NCBI GenBank assembly: GCA_043818055.1
Contig: JBDRGF010000156.1
Span: 1 to 41,017 of the forward strand
From: Pseudomonadota bacterium
GTDB lineage: Bacteria > UBA10199 > 2-02-FULL-44-16 > JBDRGF01
DNA length: 41,017 nt
Direction: 5' to 3'
The position numbers and the translations under genes are program-made. The notes under the pieces were generated by a model. That model was not told the origin of the DNA. It worked only from the letters and a program-made list of their open reading frames with translations, and did no database searches. This document shows positions 1 to 10,113 of this stretch, piece by piece. The first letter of the stretch is position 1. Each line of letters starts with the position of its first letter.

Positions 1-137
1 CTACTTTGTTTTGTTCTTTTTGTTCTTCGTGTCATCCCCGCGAAGGCGGGGATCCAGTATTGATAGGTATTAGCCAAATCTGGATCCCCGCCTTCGCGGG
101 GATGACAAGCGGGAATCATAGGTTTTTAGAGGTGCCC
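1..137. mobile_element. MITE-like element (left end off-window) containing an inverted REP-like doublet
   Basis: Perfect 27-bp inverted pair GTCATCCCCGCGAAGGCGGGGATCCAG (31-57) / CTGGATCCCCGCCTTCGCGGGGATGAC (80-106). Ends in TTTTTAGAGGTGCCC (123-137), the reverse complement of GGGCACCTCTAAAAA that starts the second copy at 3802. Confidence 0.7.
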
Positions 138-170
138 TTAAGTAAAAACATAAATTGTAATTAGAAGACT

Positions 171-202
171 TAAGCACTCAAGCACTTAGACACTTAAGCA
201 CT
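171..202. repeat. Four tandem degenerate 8-mers (TAAGCACT) upstream of lon
   Basis: TAAGCACT CAAGCACT TAGACACT TAAGCACT read directly. Confidence 0.75.
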
Positions 203-218
203 TATTCAAGGGGGAAAA

Positions 219-2636
219 ATGCCGACAGAGAAAAAGATAGAGAAGATGAGTCCGGATAGCGTGTTAGTTCCACTTTTACCACTGCGTGACATTGTGGTCT
301 TTCCACATATGGTCGTTCCTCTCTTTGTGGGGAGGGAGAAATCGATCGCGGCACTCGAAGAGGCGATGGAGAAGGAGACGGACATACTCCTTGCATCCCA
401 GGTCAACCCAAAGACAAACGATCCCAACCCTGAGGATATTTTTCAAATCGGAACGATGGCGGCTATCATTCAGCTGCTTCGACTTCCCGACGGCACAGTG
501 AAGGTTTTGGTTGAAGGTAAACAGCGGGCAAACATCGTGCAGTATGTTCCAAGTAACGATTTCTTTTTGGTTGAGGCTCAGCCGCTTGAAGAAGAGGATA
601 TCTCTTCGATAGAGACCGAGGCATTGATGAGAGGTGTTAAAAATACCTTCGATCAGTATGTCAAACTCAACAAGCGCATTCCGCCTGAGATGCTCTCGAG
701 CGTATCTGGCATTGAGGAACCTTCGCGTCTTGCTGATACAATAGTCGCGCATATCACGTTGAAGCTTCCTGATAAACAGAAGATACTTGAAATAGCATCT
801 GCTGCTAAGAGACTCGAGAAGTTGCTTACGATGATGCAATCCGAGATCGAAATCCTTCAGGTAGAGCGGAGAATTCGTCAGCGCGTGAAAAAACAGATGG
901 AGAAGACCCAGCGCGAATATTATCTCAACGAGCAGATGCAGGCGATTCAGAAGGAGCTTGGAGAACGGGATGACTTTAAGAATGAGATTGTTGAGATTGA
1001 AGAGAGTCTGAAAAAGAAAAAGATGCCGCTTGAAGCCAGAGATAAGGTTGAAAAGGAAATTAAAAAATTAAAGCTCATGTCTCCGATGTCGGCAGAGGCG
1101 ACGGTGATCAGGAACTATATCGACTGGTATTTAAGCCTGCCGTGGGATGAGCTCACGAAGGATAAGCTTGATATAGTTGAATCCGAAAGGATTCTGAACG
1201 AGGATCATTACGGCCTCAATCAGCCCAAGGAGAGAATTTTAGAATATCTGGCTGTTAGGAAGCTTGTGGAAAAGATGAAGGGATCTATCTTGTGTTTCGT
1301 AGGCCCTCCGGGAGTCGGAAAGACCTCTCTTGGAAGATCGATCGCCCGCTCGATGGGAAGAAAATTCGTGCGCATCAGTCTTGGCGGTGTCAGGGACGAG
1401 GCTGAAATAAGAGGTCACAGAAGAACCTACATCGGTGCGCTTCCGGGAAAGATCATTCAGAGTCTGAAAAAAGCCGGTTCATCCAATCCGGTTTTTCTGC
1501 TGGACGAGATCGATAAGATGAGCATGGATTTCAGGGGAGACCCTTCTGCCGCACTTCTCGAGGTTCTCGATCCCGAGCAGAATGTGACATTCAACGATCA
1601 TTATCTCGATATCGATTACGATCTTTCGAATGTGATGTTCATAACAACTGCCAATACACTTCCATCCATTCCGGTTCCGCTGCAGGATCGCATGGAGATC
1701 ATCAGGATTCCCGGATATACGGAGCTTGAGAAGATCAAGATCGCGCAGCTCTATCTCGTTAAGAAACAGATGGAAGCAAACGGCATTTCGAAGAAGAATA
1801 TCCAGTTCACAGAAGCTGCTTTGAAGCTGCTCATCAGGCGTTACACGAGGGAAGCGGGTGTTAGAAATCTGGAGAGGGAGATCGCTTCTATCTGCCGGAA
1901 GGTCGCCCGCGATGTTGTAAAATCAGACAACAAGGACCTCTTTGTGAGAATCACTCCCAAAAAAGTTAATAGATACCTTGGAGTATCGAAGTATCATTAT
2001 GGGTTGGCTGAGGAGGAGGATCAGATCGGAATGTGCCATGGACTTGCATGGACTGAGGTCGGCGGGGAGCTCCTTTCTACAGAGGTGACTGTTATGCCCG
2101 GAAAGGGAAAACTCATCGTCACAGGAAAGCTCGGCGATGTGATGCAGGAGTCGGCGCATGCCGCTATGAGTTATGTTCGCTCACGTGCTCCGCAATTGGG
2201 GTTGGCGGACGATTTTTATACGAAGGTTGATATTCACATCCATCTGCCAGAGGGGGCAATCCCTAAGGATGGCCCATCTGCCGGTATCACGATGGCTGCA
2301 ACTATCACCTCGGCGCTTTTGAAAATTCCGATAAAGAAAGACATCGCCATGACAGGTGAAATAACCCTGCGTGGTAGGGTGCTTCCAATAGGTGGACTCA
2401 AGGAGAAACTCCTGGCAGCTCACAGGGGAAAGATAAAGACTGTCCTTATTCCGAAGGAGAATGAAAAGGATCTGAAGGAGATTCCGAAGAAGATATTGAG
2501 CGAGCTCGAAATCCATCTGGTCGAACATATGGATGATGTTTTGGCGCATGCGTTGAGGACGAATGGAAAGCCGATTAAATTGTCCGAAGATAGCATTCTG
2601 TCATCGGCAAATGCTGACAAAAAGAAAAAGGAGTAA
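219..2636 (+). CDS. lon: ATP-dependent Lon protease
   Basis: N-terminal [10 protein letters not shown], Walker [10 protein letters not shown], Walker B LLDEIDK, protease motif PKDGPSAG; 805 aa. Confidence 0.98.
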   Translation: MPTEKKIEKMSPDSVLVPLLPLRDIVVFPHMVVPLFVGREKSIAALEEAMEKETDILLASQVNPKTNDPNPEDIFQIGTMAAIIQLLRLPDGTVKVLVEGKQRANIVQYVPSNDFFLVEAQPLEEEDISSIETEALMRGVKNTFDQYVKLNKRIPPEMLSSVSGIEEPSRLADTIVAHITLKLPDKQKILEIASAAKRLEKLLTMMQSEIEILQVERRIRQRVKKQMEKTQREYYLNEQMQAIQKELGERDDFKNEIVEIEESLKKKKMPLEARDKVEKEIKKLKLMSPMSAEATVIRNYIDWYLSLPWDELTKDKLDIVESERILNEDHYGLNQPKERILEYLAVRKLVEKMKGSILCFVGPPGVGKTSLGRSIARSMGRKFVRISLGGVRDEAEIRGHRRTYIGALPGKIIQSLKKAGSSNPVFLLDEIDKMSMDFRGDPSAALLEVLDPEQNVTFNDHYLDIDYDLSNVMFITTANTLPSIPVPLQDRMEIIRIPGYTELEKIKIAQLYLVKKQMEANGISKKNIQFTEAALKLLIRRYTREAGVRNLEREIASICRKVARDVVKSDNKDLFVRITPKKVNRYLGVSKYHYGLAEEEDQIGMCHGLAWTEVGGELLSTEVTVMPGKGKLIVTGKLGDVMQESAHAAMSYVRSRAPQLGLADDFYTKVDIHIHLPEGAIPKDGPSAGITMAATITSALLKIPIKKDIAMTGEITLRGRVLPIGGLKEKLLAAHRGKIKTVLIPKENEKDLKEIPKKILSELEIHLVEHMDDVLAHALRTNGKPIKLSEDSILSSANADKKKKE

Positions 2637-2642
2637 CTCTTT

Positions 2643-3704
2643 TTACAACTGGGGAGCTTTGGAGATATTTTTGAGCTTAGATATTGGATTTGAGATCTTT
2701 GCTACACTGCTCTTTTGAGTAATCATTTTTTGCTCACGCTCTAAAGCATACAATTTTCGAGTGTACATGCTAGCATTGTATCGGTTTGTTATTTTTTTAT
2801 ATGCTGCCCTTGCTCCCCATTGCATAAGTATGTTCTTTGGCCATGATGCGTTTGAATTAAAGACGAGGGTGTGAGTTTCAAATGAGCCCTGATTATCGGC
2901 TGTTTTTCTTAACACATTTAATTGAATATATACTGCTGAACCGAAATTAAAGGAAATGCTGCCGTCGTTGTTGATCCCCAGAATAGGGTCTTTTTTGTAA
3001 CTCTTGTTCGAAAAGTATAATTCCCATCTTGTAAAACTTTTATTAACGTAAGTTCGTATTGTGTAATCTATGGTGGTGATCACAGCAGAGATGAAGTGAG
3101 TTGAGAGGAGCATTCCATTTTTTTGAAATACGATAGGATTTCTTCCCTTTGTTTTTTTATGTTGTGTATAGTTAGGTGAATTTTCGGGTTTGGAGAAAAG
3201 CATTTGTGCTGCACGAGAATCGAGGGGAACTGAAAACATTGCACAGGGTATTGGAAGAGCGCTGATTGCTTTGACTACATTGTCGAGATTTTTAACGCTA
3301 GGATGATAACAGGAGAGTCGGGTCGGATTGATGCTCTTTGTTGTTATTATCGACTTAAGAGGGAATTGTTGAGCCACAACCCCAACTTTCAAGGCCTCTT
3401 TGATATTTAATCCCAGACCCTTTTTCAAAAACCTTTTTCTTACTGTTGTAAGTTGTGTTGTGGAGATGATACTTGGATAGACTAAGGTTTTGCATATAAA
3501 ATTGCTTGAGAAGTAATAATTGGCGAAAAGTTTAGCCAGTTTACTTGTGTCTACAGGAAAATGCCTGTAAGTTTCCTTCATCGCTTTTGTAAGCTCATAA
3601 GTGGCGCGCTTTCTAAAGCGCCACAATCTGATGGGGCTGATTTTACATTTTCCATTTGCGGTTATGACAGCATCTATTCTTTGCTTTGATGTTGAAGTTG
3701 ACAT
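2643..3704 (-). CDS. Hypothetical basic protein
   Basis: 353-aa ORF, Lys/Ser/Thr-rich, purine-rich SD-like sequence upstream, no recognisable motif. Confidence 0.6.
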   Translation of the reverse strand: MSTSTSKQRIDAVITANGKCKISPIRLWRFRKRATYELTKAMKETYRHFPVDTSKLAKLFANYYFSSNFICKTLVYPSIISTTQLTTVRKRFLKKGLGLNIKEALKVGVVAQQFPLKSIITTKSINPTRLSCYHPSVKNLDNVVKAISALPIPCAMFSVPLDSRAAQMLFSKPENSPNYTQHKKTKGRNPIVFQKNGMLLSTHFISAVITTIDYTIRTYVNKSFTRWELYFSNKSYKKDPILGINNDGSISFNFGSAVYIQLNVLRKTADNQGSFETHTLVFNSNASWPKNILMQWGARAAYKKITNRYNASMYTRKLYALEREQKMITQKSSVAKISNPISKLKNISKAPQL

Positions 3705-3801
3705 GATTTTTTCCTTTCATTGGAATTCAAAGTGCATTACTATTTTATTGCTTTTGGAATGACAAGACGCAGTGCAGAAAAATAATTTACAATTAACAAT
3801 A

Positions 3802-3882
3802 GGGCACCTCTAAAAACTACTTTGTTTTGTTCTTTTTGTTTTTCGTGTCATCCCCGCCTTCGAGGGGATGACAGGCGGGAAT
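3802..3882. mobile_element. Second, internally deleted and right-truncated copy of the MITE-like element
   Basis: GGGCACCTCTAAAAA followed by near identity to positions 1-41, then to about 92-116. The 50 bp between the two ATCCCCGC repeats are missing and there is no right terminal repeat. Confidence 0.75.
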
Positions 3883-3932
3883 GATGATGTATTGTTAATT
3901 GAATATTTTGAATTGTTAATTATTTTTATTTT

Positions 3933-4358
3933 ATGAAATACATTTTACGCGCATTACATGCCGTCATAAGTTTTCTATGGTATTGCTTTGAAGCTGCTGC
4001 TGACTGGGTTGCTTCAGCCTCAAATACAACTGAGTATGTGAGGAGTGGAAAGTGTTTGAGGTGTGGCAGGTGTTGTCGCCTTCTCGCTTTGCAGGTGCCG
4101 GATTATGTGGAGCGGCATCGTTTTTTATTAAAAGCCGCAAAGTGGTGGCACGATAAGGTGCTGAATTTCGAAATTCAGGGAGAATGGAAAGGCTGGCTGG
4201 CTTATAGGTGCAGGAATTTTAATGAGGAGAAAAAGGGGTGCGGGATTTATCATTTCAGACATAAATTGTGCCGGTTTTATCCGAGACCTGATCAGTTTGG
4301 ACACCCCAATGTTCACAAAGAGTGCGGTTATAAGTTTAAATTGAGGCGTGAAAGGTAA
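3933..4358 (+). CDS. YkgJ-family (CxxCxxCC) cysteine-cluster protein
   Basis: CLRCGRCC plus downstream C..CGIYHFRHKLCRFYP pattern. Confidence 0.8.
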   Translation: MKYILRALHAVISFLWYCFEAAADWVASASNTTEYVRSGKCLRCGRCCRLLALQVPDYVERHRFLLKAAKWWHDKVLNFEIQGEWKGWLAYRCRNFNEEKKGCGIYHFRHKLCRFYPRPDQFGHPNVHKECGYKFKLRRER

Positions 4359-4425
4359 TAGTGGCTTTTTTTGTTGTCTTTTCGCTCTTTTGGAAATAAA
4401 GAACGATTTTAAATGGAGGTGAAAG

Positions 4426-4956
4426 ATGAGATTTGCATTTGTTTTGATACTTTTTGTTGCGGTTTCCGCGATGGCAGCATGTGAAAAATCAAGCTTCAAT
4501 TTTTATGATTCAGAAAAAATGGGTGATCAGCAGAAAGAAAAGGAGGCCGAAGTAAGCCCCCCGATTACAGCTTCGATCAATCTTGCCACGGTTGTTTTGA
4601 GCTCTGGTGGCAAGGAATCTTCTGTTACCACAGAAATAGCCCAGACGGAGAGCGAAAGGGCTAAAGGCTTGAGCGGCAGGGAGTCCCTCCCCGAGGGGAA
4701 TGGAATGCTTTTCATCTTTCCCGAAGAGGGTTTAGAAAAATTCTGGATGAAGGATACGGCAATTCCGCTCGATCTGATCTATATGGACAAGGATAAAAAT
4801 ATCGTCGATATCATCACATACGCCGTACCATATGATTTAAAACTTCTCGAATCCAAGGAACCCTTCATGTATGTGCTCGAAGTGAATGCAGGATTTGTAA
4901 AGGATAAGAATATCAATATCGGGGATAAGGTAGAAGTTCGAATTGGACCAAAATAA
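4426..4956 (+). CDS. DUF192-family exported protein, probable lipoprotein
   Basis: Signal peptide ending AMAAC; EIA..ERAKGL, GMLFIF, FWMKDTAIPLD, YVLEVNAG motifs; GGAGG SD. Confidence 0.88.
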   Translation: MRFAFVLILFVAVSAMAACEKSSFNFYDSEKMGDQQKEKEAEVSPPITASINLATVVLSSGGKESSVTTEIAQTESERAKGLSGRESLPEGNGMLFIFPEEGLEKFWMKDTAIPLDLIYMDKDKNIVDIITYAVPYDLKLLESKEPFMYVLEVNAGFVKDKNINIGDKVEVRIGPK

Positions 4957-4971
4957 GTTGTAACTTCGTTC

Positions 4972-5012
4972 AAAAAAAACCGACTCAGGCTTAATGCTTA
5001 AGTCGGTTTTTT
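4972..5012. terminator. Bidirectional intrinsic terminator
   Basis: A8-CCGACT...AGTCGG-T6 hairpin between convergent genes. Confidence 0.8.
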
Positions 5013-5032
5013 ATTTATATAAAAAATATTCC

Positions 5033-6022
5033 TCAGCCGTTGGTCTTCTTCTCAGCTGTAGGTTTGGTTGATTCGACTGGCGCAGCTTTCATCTCCTTTA
5101 ATTCTTTAGCCTTTTCAAATTCCATCTTCTTTTTATCATTCTCCTTAGCTAAAGCCTCGGCTCTGGCATTTTCCATCTGAGGATAGGATATCTTCGCCTC
5201 GGCCTTCAATTTTTTCAGAAGCTCATCTTTAACCTCGCCGCGAACTTTGAAGATGATGCTCTGTTTCGCAGTATCAAAATTTTCCTGCTCGATCCCCTGT
5301 GTGACTGTAACGAGATAATACCCATCCTTGGTTTTTACAGGCCCGACCACTTCGCCGACCTTGGCATTGTATGCAGTCTCTAATATCGGAGCATAGCCTC
5401 TTGCCATCAATCTCTTTTCGTCCTTAGAAGCAAGGCCTAAATCTCCACCCCTCTCCTTTGTGATTCTGTCATCCGAGTATTCCTTCGCCAGCGCTTCGAA
5501 CTTATCTCCTTTATCAAGGCGAGCCTTAATTTTATTTGTCAGTTCGAGCGCATCCTTCGCATTTTTCTTCTTCTTGTCCTTTTTCGCATCGGCATCGGAG
5601 ACATAGGCAATCTGAATGATCGAGAGTCTTAATTTATTAAATTCATCTGGATTGTTTTTGTAATACTCAAGCGCCTTCTCATCTATCGTTTTATCGATGA
5701 GAGATTGGGCGATGATGGCCTTTTTGTAGAGTTCAATCTTTGCCTTAACAAGATTGTCGCGATTTACGCCCTCTTTGATCGCCTCCTGGTAAAGGAGGTC
5801 CTGATCGACCATATTGTCTAAAATTTGTTTGCGCATGGCTGGATTTTGAAGCCGCATCTTTATCTGGGGATTGACATCTCCCAGCAGCTCCATGTCCTGC
5901 GCGGTTATTTCGTCTCCGTTGACTTTGACCAGCACGTCGCCTTTACTGGAAGAGCAGGCGGAACTGATCATCATCAGCAAGATAAAAATTGATGAAGCTG
6001 TTACGATTTTCTTTGATTTCAT
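5033..6022 (-). CDS. PpiC/parvulin-type peptidyl-prolyl isomerase (SurA/PrsA-like lipoprotein)
   Basis: Lipobox SSAC, KVNGDEIT, FEALAKEYSDD...GGDLG, GPVKTKDGYY. Start placed at ATG 6022 after an AGGGGG SD. Confidence 0.88.
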   Translation of the reverse strand: MKSKKIVTASSIFILLMMISSACSSSKGDVLVKVNGDEITAQDMELLGDVNPQIKMRLQNPAMRKQILDNMVDQDLLYQEAIKEGVNRDNLVKAKIELYKKAIIAQSLIDKTIDEKALEYYKNNPDEFNKLRLSIIQIAYVSDADAKKDKKKKNAKDALELTNKIKARLDKGDKFEALAKEYSDDRITKERGGDLGLASKDEKRLMARGYAPILETAYNAKVGEVVGPVKTKDGYYLVTVTQGIEQENFDTAKQSIIFKVRGEVKDELLKKLKAEAKISYPQMENARAEALAKENDKKKMEFEKAKELKEMKAAPVESTKPTAEKKTNG

Positions 6023-6093
6023 ATATCCCCCTATTGATTTAAAAGTTCTGACGATCTTAATACCCACGACTCAAGCTGTCAATCATTCAAAGA

Positions 6094-6366
6094 TTAATAT
6101 CGAATATTGAAGCTTCTGAATTCCCCTGTCGCAGTGGATTCGGTGATTTTGACCTCATCAACCTTCGCTGGCTCCGGTCCCCGTTTACATAAATCGAGGA
6201 GCTTTTTCAACTTTTCCTCTTCCCCTTCCGCCAAAATTTCGACATCTCCTGAGGATGTGTTTCTCACCCAGCCGGTGACCTCAAGCCTTGTGGCGCAATC
6301 CTGTGCGTAAGCCCTGAAAAACACCCCTTGAACGCGCCCGGAAATTATTAAATGTAGCCGTTTCAT
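6094..6366 (-). CDS. acyP: Acylphosphatase
   Basis: SGRVQGVFFR and GWVRN motifs; start placed at MKRLHL. Confidence 0.95.
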   Translation of the reverse strand: MKRLHLIISGRVQGVFFRAYAQDCATRLEVTGWVRNTSSGDVEILAEGEEEKLKKLLDLCKRGPEPAKVDEVKITESTATGEFRSFNIRY

Positions 6367-6413
6367 GTTTGCGCAGGATAACAATAATAATTTGTGAGGT
6401 CAAAAGTAAAAAG

Positions 6414-6450
6414 AGCATGTGGCATGTGGTAAAAAGCTCGTTAAACGAGC
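6414..6450. repeat. Partial GCATGTR heptamer-repeat element
   Basis: GCATGTG GCATGTG GTAAAAAGCTCGT resembles the left arm of the element at 22583-22660. Confidence 0.5.
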
Positions 6451-6509
6451 CTTCCCATTTTTTCTTCACTGGCTTTTTTAAAAATATCTATGTAACCTGC
6501 CGATTCAAT

Positions 6510-6938
6510 ATGAGGATTCTTTGTCTCGACATAGGCAAGCATCGGATCGGGGTTGCGGTGAGCGATCAGATGGGATGGAGCGCGCAGGGGGTGAGCGTCA
6601 TCGAGCGCAAGGGATGGGCGAAGGATTTGAAGCAGATAGCAGATTATTGCAGGGAGTATGAGGTTGAAAATATCTTAATCGGTTTGCCTACCGCCACTGA
6701 TGGCTCAGAGGGGAAAGCTGCTTTGCTCGTTCGCGATTTTGCGAAGAGGTTAGAGGAAAAACTGAAAGAGGATAGTTTTTCGATACCACTTGAATTCTGG
6801 GATGAGAGCTATTCGACAGTGAATGCCCATGAGATACTTATAAAAGCGGGCTTTGGCAGGAAGCGTAGAAAAAAGGTTGTGGATAAAATCGCAGCTGTTA
6901 ATATCCTCACGGACTATTTGGAAAATAACAGAGGTTAA
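6510..6938 (+). CDS. ruvX: Pre-16S rRNA nuclease YqgF/RuvX
   Basis: MRILCLDIGKHRIGVAVSD, IGLP, WDESYST, VDKIAAVNIL motifs. Confidence 0.93.
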   Translation: MRILCLDIGKHRIGVAVSDQMGWSAQGVSVIERKGWAKDLKQIADYCREYEVENILIGLPTATDGSEGKAALLVRDFAKRLEEKLKEDSFSIPLEFWDESYSTVNAHEILIKAGFGRKRRKKVVDKIAAVNILTDYLENNRG

Positions 6939-6939
6939 T

Positions 6940-7965
6940 ATGTTCAGGTTTATAAAAGGTTTATTCAGCCTTGCATTGGTCGTTGCAATATTTGCTGTCG
7001 GTTTTTCGATCTACTACTCGATCTATGTCATTCGCTCCGACAAGGCTATCGATTTTGGCATAGAGCAGGGGATGAGTGTGAGGACGATAGCTGCCAGCCT
7101 TCAGGCGCAGGGTGTGATGAAGACACCAAAGCTCTTCGTCTATTATTCGAAGTTCAAACATCTGGATAACAAGATGAGGGCAGGGTTCTACGAGCTAAAT
7201 TCCGGCATGACGCTCGAAGAGATCGCGAATAAGTTTGTGAGCGGGCAGGTAAAACAATTTCCGATCAAATTCATCGAGGGGTGGAACCTCAGCGATTATG
7301 TGGTGGCTATACAGTCCAATCTAATGCTCGGCACCGGGATGGCCAATGAATTTTTGAAATTAGTCTATGATACTCAATTTATTTCCGGGATACCATTTTT
7401 CAGGGATTATAAAATCACCTCGCTCGAGGGATATCTTTTTCCTGATACCTATCTCCTGTCCGGCCCGCAGTCGGCAAGGATTCTCGTGGATATGATGCTA
7501 AAAGAATTCATCAAGGTCTATTATGAGGAGGCTAAGGTTGCTTCGGCAGTTTCTGTCAATCTGAACAGGAATGAAAAAATCGTACTCGCATCAATTATTG
7601 AAAAGGAGACGGGGGATAGCTCCGAGCGTGCCATCATCGCCTCCGTTTTTTACAATAGATTGAAAAAAGGCATGCCGCTGCAGAGCGACCCGACTGTAAT
7701 ATACGGGCTGAAGAATTTCGATGGAAACTTGAGGAAACGCGATCTCTCGAATCCACACATCTATAATACTTATGTGCATCCCGGCCTGCCGCCGGGACCG
7801 ATATGCAACCCCGGAAGGGAATCGATAAGGGCGGTGCTGCATCCGGCGACAACAGATTATCTCTATTTCGTCTCAAAGAATAACGGGACGCACGAGTTCA
7901 GCAAGAATCTTCAAGATCACGCCAGGGCAGTGATGAGGTATCAGATTAAAGGCAGTAATAAGTGA
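6940..7965 (+). CDS. mltG: Endolytic transglycosylase MltG
   Basis: N-terminal TM helix; LEGYLFPDTY, LASIIEKE, LQSDPTVIYG, YNTY..PGLPPGPICNPG. Confidence 0.95.
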   Translation: MFRFIKGLFSLALVVAIFAVGFSIYYSIYVIRSDKAIDFGIEQGMSVRTIAASLQAQGVMKTPKLFVYYSKFKHLDNKMRAGFYELNSGMTLEEIANKFVSGQVKQFPIKFIEGWNLSDYVVAIQSNLMLGTGMANEFLKLVYDTQFISGIPFFRDYKITSLEGYLFPDTYLLSGPQSARILVDMMLKEFIKVYYEEAKVASAVSVNLNRNEKIVLASIIEKETGDSSERAIIASVFYNRLKKGMPLQSDPTVIYGLKNFDGNLRKRDLSNPHIYNTYVHPGLPPGPICNPGRESIRAVLHPATTDYLYFVSKNNGTHEFSKNLQDHARAVMRYQIKGSNK

Positions 7966-7977
7966 TTAGATATTTTT

Positions 7978-8003
7978 GTAGGGGCAGGCCCCTGTGCCTG
8001 CCC
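7978..8003 (+). repeat. GTAG-type REP hairpin
   Basis: GTAG-GGGCAGGC-ccctgt-GCCTGCCC. Confidence 0.75.
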
Positions 8004-8023
8004 GTTAAGTGGATGGCTAATCT

Positions 8024-9376
8024 ATGAAAAACCAAAAACTTTTAATCAAAAACGCGCTTATCATCACCAACAGCAGTGATCGTGTGATAGAGGATGGTTT
8101 TATCCTGATGAAGGATGGCTTGATGGCGGATATCGGTTCGATGAAAGACTGTCCAAAAGTACCCGATGCACGGGAACTCGACGCGAAAGGTTGCGTCGTC
8201 ATGCCGGGGCTGATCAACCCTCATATGCACCTCTACAGCTCTTTTGCACGTGGTATCTCAGTCCCTCGTGCTAAAAATTTTAAAGAGATTCTTAATAAAT
8301 TGTGGTGGCGCCTCGATGAAGAGCTCACACCTGACGATATATATTTAAGTGCAATCAACGGACTGATCGAATCTTTGAAGAGCGGTGTTACGACGGTGAT
8401 AGATCACCACGCGAGCTACGGCTTCATAAAGAGTTCACTCGATCTTATAGCTCTCGCATTTGTGGAGACCGGAGTGCGCGGCATCCTCTCTTTCGAAGTC
8501 TCCGACCGCCATGGAGGTCAGTCGAGGGATGACGCTCTCATAGAGAATCTCATGTTCATCGAGCAATCATCGGGCCGAAACGGTGTGAGCAAAGGGGGAA
8601 CGCTCTCTGGCATGCTCGGCCTCCACGCATGCATGACGCTCTCCGATGAGACGCTCTATTTGGCGCGGCAGATTATGGATACATTCAACATCGGGACTCA
8701 TGTTCATGTGGCGGAAGGAATAGAGGATTTTAAATTCAACAAAAAGAAATATCATCTTTCCCCCGTGGGGCGTCTTGAAAAGTTCGACATATTGAGGCCA
8801 AAGACTCTGGCGGTGCATTGCGTTCACGTTGATAAGAGGGATATCACCCTATTGAAGAAGAGTGGAGCGACTATCGTTCATAATCCCCTTTCAAACCAAA
8901 ACAACGCTGTCGGGATAGCTCCATATTTAAACTTTTGTAAGATGGAAATCCCCACCCTCATCGGCACAGATGGCATGAGTGCTGGCATTGCCGATGATGT
9001 GAAATCTGCTGCATTTTTTCACAAGCTCTCAATGAAAGATCCTCAGGCAGGATGGAACGAGGTGAAGGATTCAGTTTTAAAAAGCGCACCGAAATTCGCA
9101 TCCGAATATCTTGGCGTGAAACTTGGTGTCATCGATAAAGGGGCAGCGGCCGATGTCGTCCTCTACGACTACTATCCCAACACGCCATTGACGAAGGAAA
9201 ATTACTGGGCACATATACTGTTCGGCATATTTTCATCGAGGGCAAAAGATGTCGTCGTAAATGGAAAATTGCGACTCAAGGATTACAAGGTGGTAGGCTT
9301 CGACGAAGCCCAAATCGCAAAACTCTCCCGCCAACTCGCCCAAAAATTCTGGAAGAGGTTTGGGGGGAAGTTGTAA
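8024..9376 (+). CDS. ssnA: SsnA-like metal-dependent amidohydrolase
   Basis: PGLINPHMHLYSSFARG, LWWRLD, GVTTVIDHHAS, HVHVAEG, HNPLSNQNNAVG, GTDG. Confidence 0.85.
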   Translation: MKNQKLLIKNALIITNSSDRVIEDGFILMKDGLMADIGSMKDCPKVPDARELDAKGCVVMPGLINPHMHLYSSFARGISVPRAKNFKEILNKLWWRLDEELTPDDIYLSAINGLIESLKSGVTTVIDHHASYGFIKSSLDLIALAFVETGVRGILSFEVSDRHGGQSRDDALIENLMFIEQSSGRNGVSKGGTLSGMLGLHACMTLSDETLYLARQIMDTFNIGTHVHVAEGIEDFKFNKKKYHLSPVGRLEKFDILRPKTLAVHCVHVDKRDITLLKKSGATIVHNPLSNQNNAVGIAPYLNFCKMEIPTLIGTDGMSAGIADDVKSAAFFHKLSMKDPQAGWNEVKDSVLKSAPKFASEYLGVKLGVIDKGAAADVVLYDYYPNTPLTKENYWAHILFGIFSSRAKDVVVNGKLRLKDYKVVGFDEAQIAKLSRQLAQKFWKRFGGKL

Positions 9377-9471
9377 GTGATAAGTTTTAACAAATTCTGA
9401 AAAAATTTGATATCTAACCATTTGATTTATCGTGAAAAACTCAAGTATTTACCAAATTGTCTTAAAAAGTC

Positions 9472-9503
9472 TTGCATTGTATAGTAAAGTACAATAAAGT
9501 ACA
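9472..9503 (+). promoter_or_regulatory. Putative sigma-70 promoter overlapped by tandem direct repeats
   Basis: TTGCAT(9472)-17 bp-TAAAGT(9495); TAAAGTACA at 9485 and 9495; GTG start 6 nt after the -10, no SD. Confidence 0.5.
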
Positions 9504-9506
9504 GAT

Positions 9507-10097
9507 GTGGATAAAAAACATTCAAAAATATTGTCCGTCAAAGAGGTTGCTGAGTGGTTTGGGGTTGATGAGGTGACTATATATAGAAAGGCTCGGCGCG
9601 GAGATATTCCCGCGATGAAATTTGGCAAGCAATGGCTTTTTTCTCAGGAGGTGATCGAAGAGTGGATATCATCAAAAATGGGGGGAAAAGAGGCCTCTGC
9701 ACCAACGCCATTAGTAGAACGGCTAAAGGTTTTGACCGGTGAATTTGATGAACTCAAAAATATAAAATTGATATATCTCTTTGGATCGTCTTTGACCGGT
9801 CATAATACGCCGCTGAGCGATGTCGATATTGCCTATCTGGATGATGAGAGCTTATCTCCTTTTGATTTTGAATATAGGATTGAGGAGATAATCCGAAAAA
9901 AAATCCCGGATCTGCCGCGCATAGACCTTGTCCGTTTAAATGATGCCCCTGTTGTTTTTTGCTTCAAGGCGATAAGCGAAGGAGAACTGATATATCGCAT
10001 TGATGAGAAGAGTCAGGCTCTGTTTGAAGAACGTGTGATAGGTGAGCATCTTGATTACAGTTATGTGCTAAAGGCTTTTTACATGGATGCCGCATAG
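9507..10097 (+). CDS. Excisionase-like HTH fused to minimal nucleotidyltransferase (MntA-type antitoxin)
   Basis: N-terminal LSVKEVAEWFGV..TIYRKAR.G.IPA.K.GKQWLF; C-terminal YLFGS...SDVDIA...IDLVRLN. Confidence 0.87.
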   Translation: MDKKHSKILSVKEVAEWFGVDEVTIYRKARRGDIPAMKFGKQWLFSQEVIEEWISSKMGGKEASAPTPLVERLKVLTGEFDELKNIKLIYLFGSSLTGHNTPLSDVDIAYLDDESLSPFDFEYRIEEIIRKKIPDLPRIDLVRLNDAPVVFCFKAISEGELIYRIDEKSQALFEERVIGEHLDYSYVLKAFYMDAA

Positions 10098-10113
10098 CAT
10101 CGAGGGAGAAAAG

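Noticed and set aside
123..3816. Composite transposon carrying lon
   Set aside because: The two visible terminal repeats face away from the lon segment and copy 2 has no right end.
6369..6939. Long N-terminal extensions of ruvX and mltG in the ORF track
   Set aside because: Family-typical starts lie at 6510 and 6940; the extensions run through intergenic repeats or the upstream gene.
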